Origin: the human T2T-CHM13v2.0 reference genome, Homo sapiens
DNA: 64,000 nucleotides
Direction: 5' to 3' (one strand)
NCBI RefSeq assembly: GCF_009914755.1
Contig: NC_060930.1
Shown: positions 41,042 through 56,819 of the stretch, piece by piece
How positions within the stretch are numbered: position 1 is the first letter of the stretch
Layout of the letters: every line of letters begins with the position of its first letter
Made by a program: the position numbers and the translations under genes
The notes under the pieces: generated by a model
Database searches by the model: none
What the model was told of the DNA's origin: nothing
Seen by the model: only the letters and a program-made list of their open reading frames with translations

Positions 41042-41560
41042 TGTGATGGTTAATATTGGGTGTCAACTTGATTGGACTGAAGGATGCAAAGTATTATTCC
41101 TGGGTGTGTTTGTGAGGGTGTTGCCAAAGGAGATTAACATTTGAGTGAGTGGACTGTGAGAGGCAGATGCACCCTCAATCTGGGTGGGCACCATCTAATC
41201 AGCTGCCAGCTGCAGCCAGAATAAAGGCAGGCAGAAGAACATGAAAAGACTGGACTGGCTTAGTCTTCTGGTCTCCATCTTTCTCCCATGCTGGATTCTT
41301 CCTGCCCTCAAACATCAGACTCCAGGTTCTTCAGCTTTGGGACTCTTGGACCTTCAACCAAAGACTGCAGGCTGCACTGTCAGCTTCCCTGCTTTTGAGG
41401 TTTTGGGACTCAGACTGGCTTCCTTGCTCCTCAGTTTGCAGACAGCCTATTGTGGGACCTCACCTTGTGATCGTGTGAGTCAACATTTCTTAATAAACTC
41501 CACTTTATCTGTACATCTATCCTATTAGTTCTGTCCCTTTAGAAAACCCTGACTCATATA
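41042..41560 (+). mobile_element. MLT2A-type (HERV-L) solo LTR inserted in L1
   Basis: tgtgatggttaatattgggtgtcaacttgattgg...aataaactcc...cctattagttctgtcccttt; exact 5-bp TSD gcatc (41037-41041 / 41561-41565). Confidence 0.92.
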
Positions 41561-43647
41561 GCATCTTTGTCATAAAATTGTTCCCAGGGGCTATGTCCAG
41601 AATGATATTTTTTAAGTTTTCTTCATGAGTTTTTACAGTTTTAGGGTTTACACTTAAGTCTTTAATCCATCTTGAGTTGATTTTTGAACATGGTAGAAGT
41701 AAGGGGTCCAGTTTCAGTGTTCTGCCAATGGCTACCCAGTTATTCCAGCACCATTTATTGAATAGAAAGTCCTTTCCCTACTGCTTGTTTTTTTGTCAAT
41801 TTTGTTGAAGATCAGATGGTTGTAAGTGTGTGTCTTTATTTCTGGACTCTCCATTCTGTTCCGTTGGTCTATGTGCCTGTTTTTGTACCAGTACCAAGCT
41901 GTTCTGGTTACTGTAACCTGGCAGTACAATTTGAAGTTGAGTAATGTGATACATCCAGCTTTTCTCTTTTTCTTAGGATTGTATTGGTTATTTGGGCTCT
42001 TTTTTGGTTCCATGTAAATTTTAGAATAATTTTTTTCTAATTCTTTGAAAATATTATTGGTAGTTTGATAAGAATAGCATTGAATCTGTAAATTGCTTTG
42101 GGCAGTATGGCCATTTTAACAATATTGATTCTTCCTATTCATGAGCATGGAATGCTTTTCCATTCCTTTTATAGTCTCTGATTTTTATTTTCAGCTGTTG
42201 TAGAGATCTTTCACTGCCCTGGTTAGCTGTATTCCAAGGTATTTTATTATTCTTGTGGCTGTTGTGAACGGGATTGTGTTCTTGATTTGGCACTCAGCTT
42301 GAATGTTGTTGGTGTATAGAAATGCTACTAATTTTTGCGCATTGATTTTGTATGAACTTTGCTGAAGCTGTTTATCAGATTTAGGTGTCTTTGGGCAGAG
42401 ACTGGGATTTTCTAGGTATAAAATCATGTTGTCTGCAAACAGAGATAGTTTCACTTCCTGTCTTCCTATTTGGATACATTTCATCTCTTTCTCTTGCGCG
42501 ACTGCTCTGGCTACAACTTCCAGTACTATGTTAAAGAGGAGTGGTGAGAGTGGCCATCCTGGTCTTGCTCCAGTTTCAGGGGGAATGCTTCCGGCTTTGG
42601 CCATTCGGTATAATGTTGGCCGTGGGTTTGTCATAGCTTTTCTTACTTTGAGGTATGTTCCCTTGATATCTAGTTTGTTGAGGGTTTTTAACATGAAGGG
42701 ATGTTGAATTTATCTACAGCCTTTTCCTTATCTATTGAGATGATCATGTGTTTTTTGTTTATAGCTCTGTTTATATGATGAATCACATTTATTGATTTGT
42801 GAATGTAGGGAAGAGCCAAACTTACATCTCAGGAATAAAACCTACTTGATCATGATGGAGTCACTTTTTGACGTGCTGCTAGATACAGTTTGCTAGTGTT
42901 TTGTTGAGGGCTTTTGCATCTATATTCATCAAAGAGATCAGCCTGAAGTTTTCTTTTTTGGTTGTGTCTCTGCCAGATTTTGGTTTTGGAATAAAGCCGG
43001 CCTCAACTATGAATTAGAGGAGTCCCTCCTTCTCAATTTTTTTGAATAATGTCAGTAGGATTGGTACCAGCTCTTCCTCATACATCCAGTAGAATTCAGC
43101 TGTGAATCTGTCTGGTCCAGGGCTTTTTCTTGTTGATAGGCTTTTTATTACTAATTCAATTTTGGAGATCATTATTGGTCTGTTTAGGGTTTCAGTTTCT
43201 TTCTGGTTCAATCTTGGGCAGTTGTATGTTTCCAAGAATGTATCCATCTCTTCCAGGTTTTCTAGCTTGCATGCATAGAGGTGTTTACAATACTCTCTGA
43301 GGGCTTCTGGTATTTCTGTGGGGTAGACGGTAATGTGCCCTTTGTCATTTCTGATTGTGTTTATTTGGAGCTTCTCCTTTGTTATTAGTTCAGCTAGCAG
43401 TCTATCTATCTTAGTAATTCTTTCAAAGAACCAAACCTGGATTTGTTGATCTTTTGTATGATTTTCCACCTCTCAGTTTCCTTCAGTTCAGCTCTGATTT
43501 TGGTTATTTCTTATCTTCTGCTACCTGCAAAGATTTGCTTTTGTTTTTTAGTTCCTCTAGATGTGATATTAGGTTGTTGATTTGAAATCTTTCTAACTTT
43601 TTGATATGGTGTTTAGTGCTGTAAACTTTCCTCTTAACAATGCTTTA

Positions 43648-43781
43648 AGCTGGAAAAAGTGATTTATGCCTGTAATCCCAGCACTTTGGGAGGTTGAGGT
43701 GGGCAGATTGCTCGAGTCTGTAAGTTTGAGACCAGCCTGGGCAACAAAACAAGACCCTGTCTCAAATAAATAAATAAATAG
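43648..43781 (+). mobile_element. Alu monomer (FLAM_C-like) in L1
   Basis: gcctgtaatcccagcactttgggagg...accagcctgggcaac...gaccctgtctcaaataaataaata, single arm. Confidence 0.8.
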
Positions 43782-45311
43782 GCCTTTGCTGTTTCCCAGA
43801 GATCCTAGTATGCTGTATCTTCTGTTTTCATTAGTTTCAATGAATTTCTTGAATAATACCTTTATTTCATTGTCTATCCAAAAGTCATCCAGGAGAACAT
43901 TGTTTAGTTTCCATGTAATTGTTTGGTTTTGAGAGATCTTCTTAGTATTGATTTTTATTTTTAATGCACTGTGGTTTGAGAGTATGGTTGGTATGATTTC
44001 AGTTTTTTTAATTTTTTGAGAATTGTTTTATGGCCAATTGTGTGGTTGATTTTAGAGTATGTGCTGTGTGCAGATGAGAAGAATATTCTCATACTATATT
44101 CTGTTGTTGAAAGGAGTGTTCTTTAGATGTCTGTTAGGTTCATTTGGTCAAGTGTTGAGTTCAGGTCCTGAATATTGTTTTAGTTTTCTGCTTTGATGAT
44201 CTGTCTAATACTATCAGTGGGGTGTTGAAGTCTCCCACTATTATTGTGTGGTTATCTAAGTCTGTTTGTAGATCTCTAGGAATGCGTTTTATGAATCTGG
44301 GTGATCCAGTGTTGGATGCATATATATTTAGGATAGTTAAGTCTTGCTGAATTGTACCCTTTTTCATTATGTAATGCCTTTTATTATTATTATTATTGTT
44401 GTTGTTGTTGGTTTAAAGTCTGTTTTGTCTGAAATCAGAATAGCAACTCCTTTTGTATTTTCAGTTTGCTTAGTATATTTTTATCTATCCCTTTTCTTTG
44501 ATCCTATGGGTGTCATTGCATGTGACATGGGGTCTCCTGAAAACAGCACACAGTCAGGTCTTTCTTCTTTATTCAACATGCCTCTATGCCTTTTCAGTGG
44601 GGCATTTCACCCATTTATGTTCAAGGATAATATTGATATGGGCAGATTTGGTCCTGTCATCATGTTGTTAACTGGTTTTTATGCAAGCTTGATCTTGTAG
44701 TTGTTTTATACTGTCAGTGGTCTGTATGCTTAAGTGTGTTTTTGTGGTGGCTGGCAATGATCTTTCCTTTCCATGTTTAGCACTTCTTTAAGGATCTCTT
44801 GTAAGATAGGTCTGGCAGTAATGTATTCCCTTAGCATTTACTTGTCTGAAAAGGATCTTATTTTTCTTTTGCTTATGAAGCTTAGTTTGGCTGGATATAA
44901 AATTCTTGGTTGGAATTTGTTTTCTTTAAGGATCCTAAATATTGCTGCTCAATCTTTTCTGGCTGGTAGCGTTTCTGCTGAAGGGTCTGCTGTTAGCCCA
45001 ATGGTGTTCTCTTTGTAGGTGACCTGCCCCTTTTCTCTAGCTGCCTTTAATATTTTTTTATTCACATTGACCTTGGAGAACCTGATGACTATGTGGGGAT
45101 GATCGTCTTGTGTAGTATCTCACAGGAATTCTCTGAATTTTCTGAGTTTAAGTGTTGACCTCTCTAGGGACTTTGGGGAAATTTTCATGGACAATATCCT
45201 CAAACTTGTTTTCCAAGTTGCTTGCTCTTTCCTTCTCTTTCAGGGACACCAGTGAGTCATAGGTTTGGTCTCTTTATATAATCCCATATTTCTCAGGTTT
45301 TGTTCATTCTT

Positions 45312-45736
<425 letters not shown>

Positions 45737-47900
45737 TGAACTAGTACGGTCATTTGGAGGTAAGAAGACTCTCTGGCTTTTTGAGTTGCCAGAGTTCTTG
45801 CACAGGTTGTTTCTCATTTGTGTGGGCTGATGTTACTTTAATCTTTGAAGCTGCTCTCCTTGGATAAATTTATTTGCTTTTACATTCCTTGATCTCATTG
45901 ACAGTTTGACTGTGGTATAAGGTAGGTTCAATCACCTAGCTTTGTTTCTGTAAGATTTCAGGTGGCCAACACTCAACTTAGAGCTTCTGGACTCATGCTC
46001 TAGCCCTAGGGGGCTGGAACCAGGCACACAGCTTGGTTCTCTGACCCCTTGAGATTAGGAACCCACTGCATTGGAGAAGCCAAAGTGTTCCAGGTCCATT
46101 GGCAACAAGACTCCAGTGAAGCAGTGCCAACCAAAGCACTTCATTAGTGCCATGGCAGCAGGGTAGACACTTGCACACACAGGCCAGCAGCAACAGCAGC
46201 ATGGCAGGATGTATGTGCATTGGTGAGGGCAGGGCACAGGTGAAGGTGGGGCAGTGGTGTCCATGTGTGCTTGTGCTCTCAGCAGCAACATGGTGGGGTG
46301 AGCGCACATGCCTGCCTTTGGGGGCAGTGCAGTGTGGTCCGTCCATACACACTCCAGCAAAGTGGTGGGGGAGCTATGAGCAAGTTCATGCCAGCAAAGC
46401 AATGGGAGAAGGCTGCAGGGCCAGGAGGATGTGGGTAGGGGTAAGCATAAATAACTTTAAAGAACCTCAAAGGCATCAAGATTTACATAGTTCTTTCTAA
46501 AAGAATGCATAAAAATGCACTTCATTTTTGCATCTCAGATAAAATATGTAATTAAAACTCTGTGGTCTAATACTACCACGTAGCTACATGGAAAATGACA
46601 AAATTCAGACACATGACTCCAAATGCTATCTTATTTATTATAAGATAAAGTGCCAGCTTTAAATAAGACTGTCTTCAAGATCATGGTGGAAATCATAAAG
46701 AATAAGTAGAAACCTGTTGACTATTTTACTCTCTTCAGCAGTTTCTCTTCACAACTGAACATTTCATGTTGCTAACAGAGAGCAGGCACTGGAATGGAGA
46801 TAAATTTATGTGTACATATTTTTCTCAGCACAAAATTAGGGGGAATGACCTAGAAAATCATGGAATTAGCAATTTTCTAGTGTTAATATAATTATGATTA
46901 TAATTATTATACATTCTATTTTTAAAAACTTAGAAACAAAAAGTATTCCAGAGAAAATTGACCATAATCACATCAAGCACTGACCGTCACACTTTCTGCA
47001 TTTCTTGCTATTCTTCTATGCATAATTTATATCATTTTGTAAATGTCTTTACTGTGTTTGCACAAGTAACCTGGTTCTAGGGGGATAAAAAGTATGTATC
47101 CAGACATTGACATTCTTTGTTACTGTGACTAAAGTAGCATGACTTTGGAGAGTGGAAGGTAGGAGAAATTCAATTGCTTCTGAGGCAGCTGCTGTTGCAC
47201 ATGTCCCTTATCAATGTGGTCATTTATATACATAATTTCTGATTTTGCTTCATCTTGTTTTTACAGGAAAGAAGGGGTTAATAATCCAGATGTTAAGGTA
47301 ATTTTTAATGGTAAACACTATGTCTTCTTTTCCTCCTTTTATTCTGTCATTTTTCTAGTGGCTCTGCTATGGTGTAAATAGGCATAGATGGCAAGTAAAT
47401 TCTTGCTATTAATAGTTAGATTATGAATGTTTGTACATGACTCACATTATTATAAGTTAGAATGGATGAACTGTACTTTCATCAGCTTGAATTCTAATGT
47501 GCTTTCTGAGCAGTAGTGACAGGAAGGATGGAGTTGAAATGGGCATGGTGGATTTGGACACAGCCCCAGGCACAGCTGTGGAATGTGCTGTGTGTGAATG
47601 TTCCGTGGGGAGTATCACCTCAGAGAGGAGCTGAAATACCTGCTGTACTACATCTTCTCCTTTTTGTCTTTCTAAGGGTAAATACAAATTAAAAATAAGA
47701 GGCTTAACTTTACCTTTTTAAAATAATGGAAGGGACTCCTTGCTACCCCCCCATCCTTTTATTTCAGCTTTTGTTTTAGAAAACTTTGTGAAAATTGTAA
47801 TTTCTGTTTCTGACCCTTTGAGATTTATGAAATTCTTTCTAAAACGATTTCTTTAAAATATGCCTTTTGCCAGTTTTACCACAAAGGAGTATTTCTCTCA

Positions 47901-48886
<986 letters not shown>

Positions 48887-49337
48887 AAATATTTTTCTCG
48901 AGATCTAGATCTTTTTGTAATGTAATCATCAAGGAAGATAGAGTATTTATCTCCCTGTTTCTGTGGGAGGCTAGAAGCCTTGATTCAGCTTGCAAAACTA
49001 CCTTCTGTCATAAAAATATGACAATTGTGTTTTTTACATAAAAGTAATTATCAAACCTGGATGGTTACCCCAATTACTAAGTGAAATTATCAGGAACATG
49101 AACTGGAGCAGTCAACTCCTCTTACTTGATGGCTAGTTATCGTTTATCTTGAGACAATGTATGTAACAGATTGGATTTGTAAATATCTGTCTGCAATGTA
49201 AAAGGGTAAAATTTCTGTTTTTGCAATCTCTTTAGCAGATTGCTTGTGATGTGACTCACATTCTGATTTAATGCTCATTCAATAATGAAACTTTTTTCTT
49301 CTTTTTTTTTTTGGAGAGGATCTTTTGGGTTAGGAGG

Positions 49338-49731
49338 TGTTATGGACTGAATTTTGCCCCCCTAAAATTAATATGTAGAAGTTCTAACCCTCAACACCTC
49401 AAAATGTGACTGTATTTGGAGACAGATAGGGTCTTTAAAGTGGTAATTTAGTTAAAATTAGGTCCTAAGGGTGGGGCCCTAATTCAATATAACTGAGGAC
49501 CTTATAAGAAAAGGAGATTAAGACACAGATACACACAGAGGGAGGACGACATGAAGACACGTGGAGAACATTGACATCTACAAGGCAACGTTAAGAGGCC
49601 TCAGAAGAAACAAGCCTGCTAACCCCTTGATCTCAAATTTCTAGCCTCCAGAAGTGTGGGAAAATTAATTTATGTTATTTAACCCACCCAGTCTATGATC
49701 CTCTGTTTTGGCAGCCCTAGCAAACTAATAC
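49338..49731 (+). mobile_element. MLT1B-like MaLR LTR
   Basis: tgttatggactgaatt...aatgtgactgtatttggaga...gaggcctcagaagaaac...ggcagccctagcaaactaataca. Confidence 0.85.
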
Positions 49732-50130
49732 AGCCCATTTTGTTTTTCATTTTTGGGGGGGAAATTTCATTTCCCCATAACCTCGCATTCTTAGTTTCCT
49801 CCTTCATTAATTCTTGCCCTCCACAAATATTTACTGAACATGTATTATATACGTCATGTTATTGGCTAGGTTCTAGCAAGGCAAAGTTGAATAAAACATT
49901 ACCTTTTCCCGATAGAATTTAAGACTACAGTAAAAGACAAACAAAGAAATGAAAAAACATTAAATGTAACAGATAAGGCTGAGAGCTTCATTTATGTTGT
50001 TCCACAATACATTCAGTGCCTAACTCAGGGCACAATCCATAATAAGCACTAAATAAATACTTGTTAAGTGAATGAGGGCATGCAAAGAGAAGGAGCATAC
50101 AAACTAGACTTGTGGATTAGGAAGGGCATC

Positions 50131-50450
50131 TGTATTAGTTTGTTCTCATGCTGCTAATAAAGACATACCAAAGACCAGGTAATTTATAAAGGAAAGAGGT
50201 TTAATTGACTCACAGTTCAGCAGGGCTGGGGAGATCTCAGTAAACTTACAATTATGGTGGAAAGAAAAGTAAACATGTCCTTCTTCACATGGCGGCAGGG
50301 AGAAGAACGAGTGCCCAGTGAAGGGAGTAGCCCCTTATAAAACCATCAGATCTCGTGAGATCAAACTCACTATCATGAGAACAGGATAGGGGAAACTGCA
50401 CCCATGATTCAATTATCTCCACCGGCCCCTCCCATGACACATGGGGATTT
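50131..50450 (-). mobile_element. THE1 (C/D-like) LTR
   Basis: tgtattagtttgttctcatgctgctaataaagacatacc...aaaccatcagatctcgtgaga...ccctcccatgacacatgggga. Confidence 0.88.
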
Positions 50451-52039
50451 ATTAACTTCTAAGAGAAAAAATGTTTAAGTTGCATTTTAAAGAGGAAATA
50501 GGAGTAAACTATTTGTAGGTAGGAAAAAAATTCCAGGATAACGAAACAGCATGTTTTCCTACAATATGGTGTAAATCAGCAGAATACAATTAAGGGACTT
50601 TCCACTGTAATTGGAGCAAAGAATGTTAATGTAGAAGTGAAAAATATGAGATTTCAGAATTAGGCTGACCCTTTACCATCTGGGTCCAATCTTATTGCTT
50701 GTCTTTTGTCCCCAAAACTAAGAAAAACTACTAAAGAATTTATATACAGCAAGTGACATTATGGGGCCAATTTAAAAACAGAAAATCGGTGATTGCAGAT
50801 GAATGAGATGAGAAGGAGTGAAGGCATGTAATACAACAAAGGCAGACAGAAAGAAAACAAGCACAAGAACAGGTGAGAAAACAATCACGAAAGGAAAGGT
50901 TGTTTGAGCAGGAATCCTACAGGATATTAATCGCATAAGTAAGTTAGTAAATCAGGAAACAGGAAGCTATATGCGATTGTTACTACTCTTACTTTCACAC
51001 TTTCCATTGTAGACATTTCATCAGACAAGTAATGAAAGGATTTCTAAAAAGGATTTATGAACTCCTAAAACTAAAACTGTCTATTTGTTCTATTTTTTCC
51101 ATGAAAATAGTGCCTTTTTCAGTTTGTTTTCATGAGATTTTATTTTGTTGGTGGTGGTTTTGTTGATGCTGTTGTTTTATTTTCATGAGATTGTAAACAG
51201 TCCCCGTTAGATACCATACTCTGACAATCTATAAAACAAATGAAATAATCAACATATGCTTGGCTTTATGAAAAAGAAAATACTATTCCACATTAACTGT
51301 AAAGACAGCAAAAAAGGAATCACAGTGGGAAAAACTGAGTGTAGTTGCTTTAGAACAGAAATTATTAACTGTTATAATACATAAACATGTAAAAATGAAA
51401 GGCAGCTCCCACCTCAGTCAACCAAATCTCTAATGGTAGAGCAACCATCATAGATCCCACTAGCACAAGTGAGTATTGAGTTGAAGGCTGCAAATTTGCA
51501 ACACCCACTAAAACCATTTACATGTAAATGACCCTTTCTCTTGCACATAGTCGATTTTAGACTGCTCGGCATCAAACTTTTTAGCATGCAGTTTGTGCAG
51601 CGTAATGAGGTGAGTGGAGAAGGAGAAAGAATTAGTATAAACTGCTGCACTTTCCTGGGACTTGTATTGCTTTTGCCTTTTTCTGGAACAGTGGCTTCCT
51701 GGCCTTTTCTCTTACTCAATGTACCTTCTCCATGAAAAGCTAATAGCAAATAACAAAGTAACCTAAGAAGGAGAAAAGGAGAAATGAATATTAGAAACTC
51801 ACTATTTGCAGCTCAGAAATTGTGTTAGGTATTTTCTTGGGCTCTCTAATTTAATTTAAATTGCAATAGCAAATTTAGGCAAACTCTACCTCAATCTCTC
51901 TTCATTTTTTTTCCAAGACACATTCACTTCAACCAGACACATTACATTCACTTTGAAAAATTAATGCAAATGTCTCAAAGGCATCCTGGATTGTTTTATT
52001 TATTTTGTTAACAATTCACGTGTTTTATTGCTTATTTTA

Positions 52040-52170
52040 TTTATATATTTTTTAAGATGGGGTCTTGCTATGTTGCCCAGGCTGCACATGAACTCTTGGG
52101 CCTGAGCAAACATCGTGCCTTGGCCTCCCAAGTAGCTGGGAATACAGGCATGCACCAACCACTCCCTGTG
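52040..52170 (-). mobile_element. FLAM_A/FAM-like Alu monomer
   Basis: agatggggtcttgctatgttgcccaggctg...gaactcttggg...cctcccaagtagctggg. Confidence 0.75.
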
Positions 52171-52809
52171 CTGGTTTATTTTAATCCCATTTTTGTATTT
52201 GGCATTTCTTCCTCTAAAAAGTTTAAACTTTTTAAAACTCTATGTTCATTTCCTTACATATTCATAAGCCTTAAATTATTCTGGTTATGATTTTACCCAT
52301 CTGAGGATAAAGTCTGTTCTCTCTCTAAGACATACTAAAAGGCTGAGAATATTTCATTATGCCTCTCTTATCACCTTGTCCCTCATAGCCGCTCCCCTTC
52401 AACCCCTCTATCCTATCACCTTACCCAAATTGTTCTTCTTCACTCCTTTTGATAAACTCCAAATTGTGCAAACAATAGCTTCAAATCTAAGAAAAATTGT
52501 TTCTACTTCAAAAGAATTATCTTTGACCAACTACTCCCAAAACTAGCAGAACTTCAGCTGACCCCTCCACCTACACCCTGTAAAACGTTTTGTCATCCTT
52601 CGCCAGATCGGAATGCTCCATTGGAGCTTTCTCATGCCCAGGATTCTTGAATAAATTATTATGCTAGTAGTAAACTAGTTTCAAAAACATTTTTCTGCTT
52701 TTTGCACAAGAGAATGAGTGCTACCTGTTAGTTTTTTAATGTTGTATCATTGAATGCCTGATGATAGAAATTAGAACCAGTAAGTTAACACTGAATTTTG
52801 CAAAATACC

Positions 52810-53200
52810 ATCAGTCAAGGGCCTAGCAGGAAACAGCTGGCACATATAAAAGGTTGTAACTGAAGAAAATCTTAATGGGATGAGTATTTACAGAGCTGTA
52901 GGCAGAGTTGTGCTGAACCAGTAACAACAGGAAGCCACTACTAACCCAAGGCCCAGAGCCATGAAAAAGAGGCAGACAAAGTCTTGACCCAGCAACTTCC
53001 AGAACCATGAGGAAAAAAAGAAGATGGGAAATTTGTAAATACCACGGTCCCACTCTCCTCCCACCCTCTGATCTCCTGTTGGTTTTTAGGGAGGGCTGAA
53101 GACAACAGGAAACCAGAAAGCATGGGAGCCCAAAAGATGCTTCTTTTAGAGATGAGCCTGTGAGAGCAGAGCAGGGCAGAGAAGAGCAACGGGTTGACCT
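52810..53200. mobile_element. ERVL LTR (LTR33-like)
   Basis: gcaggaaacagctggcaca...tatttacagagctgtaggcagag...cccactctcctcccaccctctgatctcctgttggt. Confidence 0.55.
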
Positions 53201-53201
53201 G

Positions 53202-53548
53202 TGATATGGTTTTGCTGTGTCTCCACCCAAATCTCATCTTGAATTTCCATGTGTTGCAGGAAGGACTTGAAGGGAGGTAATTGAATCACTGAGGCAGGAC
53301 TTTCCTGTGCTGTTCTCATGATAGTGAATAAGTCTCACCAGACCTGATGGTTTTATAAGGGGGGAGTTTCCCTGTATAAGCTCTCTTCTCTTGCCTGCCA
53401 TAATGTAAGACGTGCCTTTCACCTTCCACCATGATTGTGAGGCCTCCCCAGCCACGTGAGTGGCTGTAAGTCCATTAAAACTCTTTCTTTTGTAAATTGC
53501 TCAGGCTTGGGTATGTCCTTATCAGCAGCATGAAAACGGACTAATACA
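53202..53548 (+). mobile_element. THE1 (B/C-like) LTR
   Basis: tgatatggttttgctgtgtctccacccaaatctcatcttgaat...gaggcctccccagccacgtg...aaaacggactaataca; TSD-like acctg / atctg. Confidence 0.92.
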
Positions 53549-53567
53549 ATCTGACATGGAAAATGCA

Positions 53568-54320
<753 letters not shown>

Positions 54321-54894
54321 TCTAATATGTCCTTAAATCAAAACAATCCAGAAAAACAGTCACATGGGGCACTGGGGAATTTAATTTTCTATCTTAATAG
54401 AAATATATTTATTTCCTAATTTTTATTTTATGAAATATCTTGAGAAAAACCTATCTTTGTATCAGTTAAACCACTTCAAGATGGACGTGATTTTTGTGAA
54501 GTTGAGCTTTTGAGGACTAGCCAATAACTTTAAAATGAAACTCTAATCCGAAAACAGGGACCCAACCTCATGAGGACTCTCTCCTCAGGAGGGCGAAACC
54601 ATGCCCTCTCATCGCCCACCTCCATTGTTATCTCCATTTCCTATATTTTTAATCCTTTGGGACACTACAGCTTCTATAACATGAGCCAAATAGAGTGTAA
54701 TAGGCAGTAATATCTTGCTTCCTGAAATGTGCATGCAAAAAAGTTATATAGGTGAGAGCAGACGTAAGCACATAGGGAAAGATAAGGACCAGTGCATTAC
54801 CCAAAAGAACACAAGGACTGTAGCTGATTCTCTGGAGCACCCAATTCTCTAGCAGCAGCAGCTCTTCCTGGATCCAATCCAATGACTCAATTCT

Positions 54895-55538
54895 TTCTTT
54901 TTTTTTTCTTTTTTTTTTAATTACATTTTAAGTTTTAGGGTACGTGTGCACAACGTGCAGGTTTGTTACATATGTATACATGTGCCATGTTGGTGTGCTG
55001 CACCCATTAACTCGTCATTTAACATTAGGTATATCTCCTAATGCTATCCCTCCCCCCTCCCCCTACTCCACAACAGGCCCCGGTGTGTGATGTTCCCCTT
55101 CCTGTGTCCATGTGTTCTCATTGTTCAGTTCCCACCTATGAGTGAGAACATGCGGTGTTCGGTTTTTTGTCCTTGCAATAGTTTGCTGAGAATAATGGTT
55201 TCTAGCTCCATCCATGTCCCTACAAAGGACATGAACTAATCATTTTTTATGGCTGCATAGTATTCCATGGTGTATATGTGCCACATTTTCTTAATCCAGT
55301 CTATCACTGTTGGACATTTGGCTTGGTTCCAAGTCTTTGCTATTGTGAATAGTGCCACAATAAACATATGTGTGCATGTGTCTTTATAGCAGCATAATTC
55401 ATAATCCTTTGGGTATATACTCAGTAATGTGATTACTGGGTCAAATGGTATTTCTAGTTCTAGATCCCTGAGGAATCACCAAACTGACTTCCACAATGGT
55501 TGAACTAGTTTACAGTCCTGCCTGGGATCTAATTAAAC
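54895..55538 (-). mobile_element. Young 5'-truncated L1PA3/PA4-like insertion with 5' micro-inversion
   Basis: tttaagttttagggtacgtgtgcacaacgtgcaggtttgttac L1PA 3' end; 16-bp TSD ccaatgactcaattct (54879-54894) / ccaacgactcaattct (55538-55553). Confidence 0.95.
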
Positions 55539-56090
55539 CAACGACTCAATTCTAACAGCATTTAAGATCTCATGTTAGTCACATTAGATGCAAATCTACT
55601 AAAAAGTAGAATTACTTCTTTGATTTATGAAATCAACCCATATTCTTCTCCAGATCTGAGTTAAAAGTTGGGTCATCACCTAAGGCAGTTATAAGAAAAA
55701 CCAAGGACATTCCTCAAATATTATCTAAAAGCAGGGAAATGTCCCAGACAGATCTTACTGTTTGTAGACAGAAAGGCATCACTTCATTAAGTTTCCTAAA
55801 ACACAAAGTTTAAAAATATCTCTAAGTACAGTTTTCAGTAGGAACCAGGGCAAGGTCTTAGAAACAACTTCCTTGACAAGTTCAAGAACGATGCCATGAG
55901 GGAGAAGCAGAAAATCATAAGGAAAAGAGAGAGTGTGAGACCAAGTCAAAAATGGAGAGTGAGTTGACCAAAGTAAGTAGAGAATTTTAGAAAATGAAAA
56001 GTGCAAGAGAAGAATTAAAGCTGTATTGTTTATAATCAACCCTGCAAAAGTGAAATCAGTGATCAGGAAAACAAACGCATATGCCCTTCA

Positions 56091-56577
<487 letters not shown>

Positions 56578-56819
56578 CTATGGCATGTAAAAAGCTCTTC
56601 TCAGAGGTAGCCTTATATTTTAATTATTTTGTTTATGAGCAACAGAAGCAGTAAGTTAGTTGGAGAAAATATAAGAAAATGTCAAACATCCAGATGACAC
56701 AGTGAACTGGAGAATATTTATATACACATAATAGTTTAGTGTGCAGGCTCTGAGACAGACTTCCTGAATTGGAAATGAGTTGTCGATTTTTAGCACAGTA
56801 ACATTTAGAAAGTTTATTG

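Noticed and set aside
54567-54620. Hammerhead-like string ctcatga-stem-gaaac with adjacent small hairpins
   Set aside because: The core is CUCAUGA rather than CUGAUGA, stem II is bulged, and I find no stem I/III or correctly placed NUH site.
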